From Octopus vulgaris (taxonomy: Eukaryota), in assembly GCA_951406725.2 (NCBI GenBank), contig OX597825.1, positions 48,236,001 to 48,300,000 on the forward strand: a DNA stretch of 64,000 nt, given 5' to 3'. Made by a program: the position numbers and the translations under genes. The notes under the pieces are model-generated. The model saw only the letters and a list, made by a program, of their open reading frames with translations. It had not been told where the DNA came from and did no database searches. Positions 52,812 through 64,000 of this stretch are shown piece by piece (the first letter of the stretch is position 1; each line of letters starts with the position of its first letter).

Positions 52812-53127
52812 CACACACACATACATATATACATATACAAACATCAATATAAAAATACAGTGAAAGTAATTGAAATTAGAACCATATAATAATGAAAGTA
52901 TTATATCACATTACAATAGAGATGTTACTGTTTCACTTTTGATACGTAATACCGATACATTGTAAGAGATAAAGGAATGCTCTGGGGTCGCTTTATTTAC
53001 TCACTTCATGTAGCCGAAGTAAGGCATGCGTAAAATTTGAATGAAATCGGTTGAGTAGTTCTGGAGTTTTAGTGATGCACACATACACGTACACACATAG
53101 TGACAGACGCTCATTGTGAGTTATATA

Positions 53128-53187
<60 letters not shown>

Positions 53188-53202
53188 TATGTATAATATA
53201 TG

Positions 53203-53246
<44 letters not shown>

Positions 53247-53825
53247 TATGTATAATATATGTATATATTTATGTGTGTGTTTATCCCCTCCACAGCTTGA
53301 CCACCGGTCTTTGTGTGTTTACGTCTACCTAAATTAGCGTAAATGACATATCCGTCTTCATCATAACATTTAAAATTGGTTACAGTGAAAATAGTGAAAG
53401 TTGCTCAAGTTTGTTTGCATTTGATGACAATACCGGAATGTGTGAGAAGTGGATATTTGAACCTGTGAAAAATCTTGACTTAATAGAAGACAATGAAAAT
53501 CATTTTTGAAATCACCAAATCAAAATTTCTAGGAAACATGTCTCCAACACCAGACAACAAAAACCAAGTTACCCACTGTTAGATATCTCTTCTATTGCAT
53601 TCGTTTCAGTCATTAGACTGCAGCCATACTGGATTTTAGTCGAACAGATCGCCCCCAGGCCTTATTTTTGTTTGAAGTCAGGTATTTATTCTATCGGCGT
53701 CCTTTTACCAACCTTCTAAGTTACAGGGAGATAAACAACTAGCACCGGCTGTCAAACAGACAGACATACACAAACACTCACACATGTATATATAGATACA
53801 TGTATGTTTGTATACACACACACAC

Positions 53826-53856
<31 letters not shown>

Positions 53857-53892
53857 TGTTTATATATGTATATATATATATATGTATGTATG

Positions 53893-53988
<96 letters not shown>

Positions 53989-54009
53989 TATATATATTTT
54001 ATTTTTCTT

Positions 54010-56265
54010 GCTGATGCACCGCCGTTTTGTGCTACACTGTTATTACGAAGAGCCTCCTCTAATATGAGGCACTTGGTGAAGAATGGAGTTTGATATAACT
54101 ACTCTCATTTGCACCTGGGACTCTCGACAGGAAGATGTCCAGCTTTCATTTAAAAACAGCTACATCTACTTTGTGCAAGCTCCTCAGACTCTTTGGGAGA
54201 ATATTAAAAAGCTGTGGGCTCTTGAAACCCAGGCTGTTGCAGTAGCTGGTCCTGAAGCGTGATGGCATTGCTGGGATCTTTGGCACTATGCAGTGTCGTC
54301 CCGTTCTAGCATTGGTGTAGCTTACAATGCCAAAATTTGGCACAATTCCTTCAGGATCTTCCAGACATATATTACAGCATACCTCTCCCGTCTACTCTCC
54401 AGGGTGTTGAGTCTTAGCTGTTTCAACCTTTCCCAGTAGCTGAGCTGTTGCAAAGAGACGATTTTTTTGTGAATCTTCTCTGGATTGCTTCAAGGTCCGC
54501 TGTTAATTTCACACTGGTGGGTGACCATAGCTGTGAGCAGTAATCCAGGCGGCTGAGGACGAATGTCCGCCAGAGGACCATCATGGTTTCCTTATCTCTT
54601 GTTCTGAATGTTCTTAGGATCCACCCAGCCAGTCGTCTGCACTTTGTCGCCATCCTGGTAATGTGCACTTGGAAAGAGGTATCCTCACTCATGTCGATAC
54701 CCAGGTCCCTCACAGACTTAGGCTCTGGGATTGAAATTCCCTGTGGACCAGTGTATCCTGTAAGTTTAATATTCAGTTTTGGATGCTGGTAGCGCAGGGC
54801 CTGGAATTTTTCAGCATTAAACTGCATATTATTATCCTCAGCCCATCTGTAGATTGAGCCCAACTCCTGCTGCCGGTTTGCAACATCGCTGGAGTTCTGT
54901 ATTTTCTGCGAGACTTTCGTATCGTCTGCATAGTTTGCCAGAGTTGCTATCCGGGCATTTGAGGGCATATCTGAGAGGGCCACTATAAAAAGGAGTGGTC
55001 CCAAGACAGTGCCCTGTGGAACACCACTCACTATTTGTGTGTTCATAGAGGTGGCTCCATTAACCACTACTGCCTGACTCCTATCTTTCAGGAAGTCATG
55101 TAACCACACTCCAAGTTTTCCAGCTATGCCGAGGTAACGTAGTTTGTGGCATATCATACCATGATCCACCTTGTCAAAAGCTCTTGCAAAATCAAGGTAG
55201 ATTACGTCCACATTTGATTTGTTGAGTAACTGCTTCAACACCCAGTCATAATGTTGTAAGAGCTGGGTCAGGCAGCTCCTACCTGGTCGAAAACCACACT
55301 GGGTATCACTCAGCAAGTTATTTTCCTCAAGGAAAGTGATTAGTTTCTTTCTGACTATCCGTTCCATGACTTTGCTGATGTGTGAAGTCAGAGAGATAGG
55401 CCTATAGTTTTTGGCATCTGCTCTACTTCCCCCTTTATGTATTAGGCATATTATTCCCTCCTTCAGCTTGCTTGGCAGTTTGCCATTTGTAAGAAAGCTC
55501 TGGAAGAGAATCTTGAGGGGTTTTGCCAGGGCATGCTTACACGCTTTGAGGAGGATTGCTGGGAAACCATCTGGACCAGCAGTTGAGTTTGTGTCCACTT
55601 CATCTATGGCTTGTAAGACATCTTCTTCGCTAATGTCAATACATTCTATTGTAACCGCCTCGCTAGTTATAGGTGAGGTGGCAAAGAAGTCCACTGGTTC
55701 GTTCACTTGTCTGTGTTCCAACGGGGTGGTAAAGACACTTTTGAACTGGTCATTCAGCATCTCACTGATCTTAGTTGGGCTGTCTGTGAGGGAGCCATCC
55801 TTTTGGAGGAGGGGTCCTATCTTGTAGTGTACTGAGACTGTTTCTTTCGCGTAATGAAAGAAGGCCTTTGGGTTTGATTTAATGTTTTTATAACCCAGGC
55901 TTCTTTGTCTGCTTTCTCCCTCACATAGGATTGTTGCAGCCTTTTTTCGATCTCCATCAGTGTTGTTTTTAGGCGGGACGTTTCGCTACTTTTGGGATGT
56001 TGGTTGAGACGATTTGCAACCTTCGTCTGTCCTCTCATGAGGATCTTCTTGTCTCTTGGAATCTTGCTCCTATTTCTTTTGGCCTTGTGCTCTGGGACAT
56101 ATTTCTGGCATACGGCTTGCACAGAAGACATGAAACATTCTAGTTTCATATCAATGTCTGGTGTGGAGAGACATTCCGGCCAGTCCTCTCTGAGGATCTC
56201 TTTTTGGATCGATTTCCAATCTGTTTTGTGGAAGTTCAGATTGGAGAGATTTCGGGTGCTTCCTT
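54010..56265 (-). mobile_element. CR1/L2-group LINE, 5'-truncated, with a 445-aa open RT segment (54423-55760)
   Basis: AGPDGFP; NYRPISLTSHISKVMERIV; Q.GFRPGRSC; YLDFARAFDKVDH; GVPQGTVLGPLLF; YADDTK; RDLGI. Confidence 0.9.
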
Positions 56266-56375
56266 TATATGTATATATATGTGTGTGTGTATAAAAAATC
56301 TTGACGTAATAGAGAACAATGAATTTCATTTTATGAGTCAGCACGTCAAAATTTCCAGGAAGCATGTCTCCAACA

Positions 56376-56454
56376 CCGCAGTGAGCATTACTGATGAGTA
56401 TTAATTTCCTATACGAAATTTTCATGCTAATATAATGCATCTCGCTTACTGTGG
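56376..56454 (+). ncRNA. Type I hammerhead ribozyme with an extended bulged helix I (family G)
   Basis: GCAUUA CUGAUGA GUAU uaauuuccu AUAC GAAA UU uucaugcu AA UA UAAUGC. Distal helix CCGCAGUGAG/CUUACUGUGG lies beyond a bulge. Confidence 0.8.
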
Positions 56455-56572
56455 GATGTTTTCTCCCCTGTCAAAATGTGCTTTTTGTGGCTGAGGTGTG
56501 CTCACTGCACACATGTCACTCTTAGTGACAGTGAATTATTTTCTAGTTGGTTTTAAATTACTGATATCCACC

Positions 56573-56603
<31 letters not shown>

Positions 56604-56605
<2 letters not shown>

Positions 56606-56825
56606 CTCTTACTCTCTTTTACTCTTTTACTTGTTTCAGTCATTTGACTGCGGCCATGCTGGAGCACCGCCTTTAGTCGAACAAATCGACCCCGGGACTT
56701 ATTCTTTGTAAGCCCAGTACTTATTCTATCGGTCTCTTTTTGCCGAACCGCTAAGTGACAGGGACGTAAACACACCAGCATCGGTTGTCAAGCAATGCTA
56801 GGGAGACAAACACAGACACACAAAT

Positions 56826-56866
<41 letters not shown>

Positions 56867-57025
56867 TACGACAGGCTTCTTTCAGTTTCCGTCTACCAAA
56901 TCCACTCACAAGGCATTGGTCGGCCCGGGGCTATAGCAGAAGACACTTGCCCAAGGTGCCACGCAGTGGGACTGAACCCGGAACCATGAGGTTGGTTAGC
57001 AAGCTACTTACCACACAGCCACTCC
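56604..57025 (-). mobile_element. tRNA-derived SINE (family 1), full length
   Basis: Reverse complement of 58991-59391. Confidence 0.9.
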
Positions 57026-57243
57026 TTACACACACACAAAAATACTATAATAATATACTAATATATTAAGATATATTAAACGCTAGCAATTAAAAACCCC
57101 AAAGAAATTAATAAATAAAGGGTGCAAAATAGTGCCAGCGATTGCTAAAAATAAGAGTCAAAATTAACTCTAAAAGCCACTTCACAATGGAAGTATCATT
57201 TAGCGAAAATATAATGAGGTTAGTATAAATATATATATACACA

Positions 57244-57316
<73 letters not shown>

Positions 57317-58282
57317 ACTATATATATGAAACTGAGAATGTGTGTGTGTGTGTCTCTGTCTGTTTCTGTGTGTCTGAGTGTGTGCATCACTAAAGCTCGA
57401 GAAATACCCAACCGATTTCATTCAAATTTTACACATACACTACTTAGGGTCCAAAGAGCATGATGGGCCGAAAAATTATCATCTTCTTGCCTAATGCGAG
57501 CCCAGAGCAATCTTTTAGGCTGTTTCAGTATTACATGTCAAAAGTGAAACAATAATATTTCTATTCTAGTGTGAGATAATAGTTTCAATTTTAATAGTTT
57601 CACTATGTATGTAATATATACATAGTGAAACTATTAATACTGAAATTATTAAAAGTGAAATTCTTATCTCACATTACATATATACATGCATACATATATA
57701 TATACACTACACAATTAACGTGCTCCTTTGATATAATTATATACACTTGTACCTTATTAATTTAATGTATTGTCTATAAATTTTTATAGGATGCTGACTA
57801 CTCGATAAAAATCATTAACGTGATTTTTATCCTTGTATTCTTTTATGAATTAATAAATAATTTAAATAAAATTTAATTATTTTAACTCGTGACCGGAAGA
57901 TCATTTGCTGCTTGACTATTCCAATTATATACACGTTGGCTTTCGTGAAAGAATTTAAAATTGACTTTCCTTGGATCTATACGTGCAAATATTTGTATGT
58001 AGACGTCTGAACTTGCTTTGGACGGTATGTACAATTATTTGGACTTATATCCCCACCCCCGTGTATTGTCTTGACGAACGAAAAAGGCTTATTTTTTGCT
58101 TTAATCCAGAAACTGGAATCAATTCACATTTTAACGTGAAGTCTTTTTAATTTTCTCTCACTAGCCCGCTTTCAGCGACGTGTATATTTTTTGCTGGAGT
58201 GTTTGGCAATTTTTTTTTAAGGTATCGGCTCTTCAAGTATGCTGGAGACAGGTCGTTTTCTCCCTAGCTCCCTTGATAAAAT

Positions 58283-58318
<36 letters not shown>

Positions 58319-58358
58319 CCCATACATAATTGGTTGACGGAAACTGAAAGAAGTCCAT

Positions 58359-58452
<94 letters not shown>

Positions 58453-58454
<2 letters not shown>

Positions 58455-58663
58455 CTCTTTACTATTTTACTTGTTTCAGTCATTTGTCTGTGGCCATGCT
58501 GGAACACCTTCTTTAGTCGAGCAAATCGACCCCAGGACTTATTCTTTGTAAGCCTAGTACTTATTCTATCGGTCTATTTTGTCAAATCGCCAAGTTACGG
58601 GGGACGTAAACACACCAGTTATCAAGCGATGCTGGGAGGACAAACACAGACACTCAAACACAT

Positions 58664-58743
<80 letters not shown>

Positions 58744-58927
58744 ACACATATATATACATATATACAACGGGCTTCTTTCAGTTTCCGTCCACCAAATCCA
58801 CTCACAAGTCTTTGGTCGGCCCGAAGCTATAGTAGAAGACACTTGCCCATGGTGCCACGCAGTGGAAATAAACTCGGAAACGTGTGGTTGGTAAGCAAGC
58901 CACTTACCACACAGCTACTGCTGCGCC
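58453..58927 (-). mobile_element. tRNA-derived SINE (family 1), diverged
   Basis: Same blocks as 42054-42459, with an expanded internal (CA)n. Confidence 0.85.
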
Positions 58928-58990
58928 TATTATGTCTATAATATATATATAATATCTATTTATATATATCTATAATATCTATATATATAT

Positions 58991-59391
58991 GGAGTGGCTG
59001 TGTGGCAAGTAGCTTACTAACCAACCACATGGTTCCGGGTTCAGTCCCACTGCGTGGCATCTTGGGCAAGTGTCTTCTGCTATAGCCCCGGGGCCGACCA
59101 ATGCCTTGTGAGTGAATTTGGTAGACGGAAACTGAAAGAGGCCTGTCGTATATATGTATATATATATATGTATGTGTGTTTGTGTGTCAGTGTTTGTCCC
59201 CCTAGCATTGCTTGACAACCGATGCTGGTGTGTTTACGTCCCCGTCACTTAGCGGTTCGGCAAAAAGAGACCGATAGAATAAGTACTGGACTTACAAAGA
59301 ATAAGTCCCGGGGTCGATTTGCTCGACTAAAGGTGGTGCTCCAGCATGGCCGCAGTCAAATGACTGAAACAAGTAAATGAGTAAAAGAGTA
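58991..59391 (+). mobile_element. tRNA-derived SINE (family 1), full length; partial copies near 615-760, 2380-2535, 18960-19100, 31900-32030, 42845-43010, 50620-50760, 52200-52380 and 53600-53770
   Basis: A box-like TGGCTGTGTGG, B box GGTTCAGTCCC, an internal TA/TG microsatellite, and a (gagtaaaa)n tail. Confidence 0.9.
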
Positions 59392-59648
59392 AGCAAAAAT
59401 TCTTAAAATTATGAGTATAACTATAATTAGGGTTCAGCAAAAAATTTGCTTCACCACATACCGAAATTTAGAAATATCAGCCAAAACTAGCTATTTCTCT
59501 ACCATACGTAGGCAAAGAGAAATAAAATAACGAATTTGTTTAAGTTTACCGATAATGGTTCTTTTAACATGCCAAACTACTTGGTAAAATTATTAATTAT
59601 TAATTAATTATTTAATTTTACCCATTATTATTATTGATATATATAATG

Positions 59649-59687
<39 letters not shown>

Positions 59688-59990
59688 GCATATATATACA
59701 TACATATATATGTGTAAATACATATATAAATATATATATATATACACAAAGATATACATACATACACACTCACATATATATATACGTATATATTTATGTA
59801 TAGTTCGTTTCCATGTTTTTGCATTTGTTTTCGTTTCTCATTGTGTTCAACGTTTTTTTTAATGTCCTATACCCATATGTGCATGTATATATACATATAG
59901 ATGTAAGTATGTATATATATGTATGCATATATGCATATATTTATATATTATTTATATTTTTATATGGTCGAACGCCACGCATCCTTTTCC

Positions 59991-60052
<62 letters not shown>

Positions 60053-60065
60053 TTATCTATCTATC

Positions 60066-60137
<72 letters not shown>

Positions 60138-62084
60138 CAAGCATATGCATAAATATGTAGTGAAAGTAATTGAAATTGAAACAATATAATAGTGAACGTA
60201 TTATATCACATTACAATAGAGACATTATTGTTTCACTTTCGACACATAACACCGATACAGTGTAGGATATAAGAGATTGTCCTGGGCCCGCATTAGGCAA
60301 GAAGCTGAAACTTGTTGGGTCCCACGACACTCCATGGATCCTAAGTAAGGCATGTGTAAAATTTGAATGAAATCGATTGAGTAGCTCTCGAGTTTTAATG
60401 ATGCACACATACAGACACACACACAATCACACAAACACACAGACACACACACTGACAGATAGACACACATTCTCATATATATATATACACACACACACAT
60501 ATATGTTTGTCTATGTGTGTATAGACTTACAAAACACACATACATAAAGAGAAGGCTTTAAAACCAAGAGCTGTTTGCAGATTTTACATATGAGTGGAAA
60601 CTAACGACTCTTTGAACATTCAGGGGCCATGGTATTTTCCCATAAATGTAGTTCTCGCAGTTGGCTGGTGAAAGTGAAGTATCTTCTACCAAGGAAACAG
60701 AGAAAGGTGACTGAGAAATACTAAACAGTCATGATATAAAAGAATATCAATTATGTTCTGAGTATATTATATTTTAAGTATTGAAAACCAAGTCTCCCTC
60801 TGAAATCACGTAACCACCAATTGCCAATCGAAGATATCGTTTTTCATCATGTAATGAGTTGAGTGCACAAGAAATTGGCGTAAATTGCACTTATCAAAAT
60901 GCCAAAAGCATCAGCTGATAGATTTTAAAGAAAGTTTCACATTCTACCGTAATAACAATATGTTTTTATGTGGAGAATGAAATCGACAGGGAAAGTGTAG
61001 AACACCCAACTGGATATATTTTTTAGTTATTTTTATTTGTCTATGCCTGAGCACCAAAGACCTTACAACTTTCAGTTTCATCATTTTTATTTCTGATATC
61101 AAATCACTGTGGAGTCATTTTCGTCTTTTGTCCATCTGGCATCGATAAAATACGTCAGGCATGTATTCGAAACCAGTAGATGTTTTAAATATTAAGTACG
61201 TACTTTATTTGACTCCTCAGCATTTGCAGACAATTTAGTGTGAAGAAATGAAATTCACCCCAGTAGATGTTGTGTACAAGTTTTTAACGTGGAAAATGGA
61301 GGAAACGGTGAAGTTGATTTTGGTAGTTTTCGACTGACGAATGTTATTACATTGTGTACACGCAGAAAACCCATTGTATCGTTCTGTTTTTGTCTTTTAT
61401 GCTGCTGTGTGTCACTAATGTTTGCGTATATGAGTCCTTGTGGCTAATAAAAGAATAAATTATAGAAAGAGTGGGAGTAAGAGGAATAGATATTAGGATG
61501 GGAGGAAGAGAGGACGAATGCAGCCAAATTTGAGGCGAAGAATAAATGTTTATTCAGTCATTGTTCTAGAGGTCAAGAAGGCCACTTGACACAATAGAAA
61601 ATTTTTCAAGGACATTGCTATTTTACTGTCAGTGATATTAGAGCAAGGTTAACTATGTTCTAATTCGTGTCCTCACCAACGTTTGCTATATGACTCTCTT
61701 CGTACAAGTCACAGCTCATATCGCCAAACACTTGACGTCATGCTGCACCTTGTTTAATTGTTGATTCAGGGAAGAAAGCGGAGCAAGTGCTGAACAGGTC
61801 AAACTATTGTTTCATAGGTTCTGTGTATATGGTGGAGATATAACAGAATAGACTAAAATATGCCACCACCTGTCCACAATTCATCACCCATCTCAGTTGG
61901 ACAGCATTAGTTTTTATTGCCACAGCGATACAGTTTTTCTACAGATCAGAATTTCACATAAAAAGGGATCGGTCGAGACGGTCAATCAAGAAATATCTTT
62001 GAGCGAGTCGAAGTGTATGTGTGTGTGTGTGACTGAATGTGTGTAAGAATGTGTGTTTGTGGGAGCAAGGGTATCTTTAATCTT

Positions 62085-62261
62085 TTCTTTTACTTGTCTC
62101 AGTTATTAGACTGCGATCATGCTGGGGCACCGCCTTGAAGAACTTTTAGTGGAACGAATCAACCATAGTACTTATTTTTAAGTCTGGTGTTTCCTCTATT
62201 GGTCACTTTTGCCGAACTACTAAGTAACCATCACCAGTTGTCAAGCGGCAGTGGGGGACAA

Positions 62262-62329
<68 letters not shown>

Positions 62330-62490
62330 ACATACGACAGGGTTTTTCAGTTTCCGCCTACCAGATCCACTCAGAAGGCTTTGGTCGGCCCGAGGCTATA
62401 GTGGAAGACATTTGCTCAAGATGACACGCAGTAGAACTGAACCCGTAACCATGTGGCTGGGGAGCCAACTTCTTACCAAACAGTCACGTG
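62085..62490 (-). mobile_element. tRNA-derived SINE (family 1), diverged
   Basis: Same conserved blocks around a (CA)n tract. Confidence 0.75.
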
Positions 62491-62906
62491 TGCATGCACT
62501 AATTAAATACACGATATTCCGGGACGAAGAGTGAACTATTGAAATGACTGAAGCAATAGTTTCGGTCGTTTTGATGTCTTCAGAAGTTGTGGCTAAAAGT
62601 CAAACTACTTGAAGAATGGAGAAAAAGAAGAAAACAGACGCAGAATAGAAACAAAAAAAAAAGAAAGTTAATAGAAAAATGAACGATGGATCAACATGGT
62701 AAATTTGGTAACTTAGTAAAGGTTTAGTTTAATAATTATATGTGCTGAACGTTCACATTTATTCGTGATGGAGTGAGTAAACGGTTTGGTGTTTGCAAAG
62801 GTGCTAGAGAACAGGAACGTAAAGAAACTGCCAATGTCGCAAAAGTTCAAGGGATTTAGAACGTGCGACACGCACGCACACACACCCGCACACATACACA
62901 TACACA

Positions 62907-62999
<93 letters not shown>

Positions 63000-63755
63000 A
63001 TAGTTTACTTGTATTTTGTCGTGTGTTTCCTCTGTGAAGTTGAAGTAAAAGTTTCATATATATTGCTAACAAGGGCAAGGGGAGAGATCGAGTACTTTGT
63101 CTTCACTACTTATTTACGAACCTACCTCATAGTGGAACACAGATATTCTTTTCTACTCTAGGCGCAAAGCCCGAAGTTTCGGGGGAGGGGCCCAGTCAAT
63201 TAGATCGTCCCTAGTATGCAACTGGTACTTAATTTATCGACTCTGAAAGGATGAAAAGCAAAGTCGACCTCGGCGGAAGTGGAACACAAATATTACACAT
63301 CTCATAACTGTTCTCGTCTATCTTTTAAAATGGAAGATCATTATTGGCGAGAAAGAGGTAGGTATGGATAGCGTCTAGGCTGTTAAATATTATAATACAC
63401 ACACACACACACACACACAAATATGCGCGCGCGCACATATACAAACACATGTTTGAGTATACGTATGGGAAGGGAACGAAAGAAATTCCCTTCAGTTGAT
63501 CGTTGTAATCTACAATGAAAGAAAGAGAGCACAATGTTTACAAACTGAGTCGATAATTGCAGTTTCTTCTTTCCTTACATCGCCAGACGTTTCAACTTCC
63601 GTTGAAACGTCTATGGAGAACACTATGGAGTTCTTCTTCGTGGAAACAGGTGTTGAAACATCTAGCCATGTCGTTAAAAAGCAACATATATGTGTGTATA
63701 TGTACACACACGCGCGCGCTAGCACACACAATCTCTCTCTCTCGCACGCGCGCGC

Positions 63756-63799
<44 letters not shown>

Positions 63800-64000
63800 G
63801 ACAGTTTAATGTAGGAGCGCCGGAAAAAATAGTTCTGTTAGTTATGCCCTTAACGTTCTGAGTTCAAATCTGTCTGAGGTCGACTTCGCCTCCGGTTCGA
63901 TAAAATAAATCCTAGTCAAGTGGTGAGATAAATTTAATCGAGTGTGCCGCCCCCAACATATCTGGCCTTGGGCCAGTGGAATAATTGTTATTATTCTAAG

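Noticed and set aside
62545-62590. Minus-strand CTGAAGA..GAAA
   Set aside because: Helices I, II and III pair poorly.

Overview
AT-rich animal genomic DNA dense in microsatellites. The SINE families and repeat density suggest a cephalopod such as Octopus (inference). The only host coding sequence I can support is the last exon of an NR2-type nuclear receptor (2828-3069). The rest is mobile-element debris: a Gmr1-type Gypsy LTR element lacking RT, DD37D-like and cecropia-type mariner relics, RTE, L1/Tx1, CR1 and RLE LINE fragments, two Penelope-like (PLE) RT/GIY-YIG remnants, Helitron and MITE pieces, and three tRNA-derived SINE families. The most striking signal is invisible in the ORF track. 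By eye I find 11 intact-looking type I hammerhead ribozyme (HHR) motifs from about 7 sequence families, plus several truncated or degenerate ones. Most sit in small elements embedded in (TA)n tracts, and each family has its own palindromic helix III. Two elements are fold-back palindromes with an HHR on each strand, one family carries a fixed U4C core variant, and one HHR has an extended helix I. A degenerate HDV-like ribozyme candidate marks the 5' end of an RTE-like segment. All RNA folds were paired by hand and are untested.
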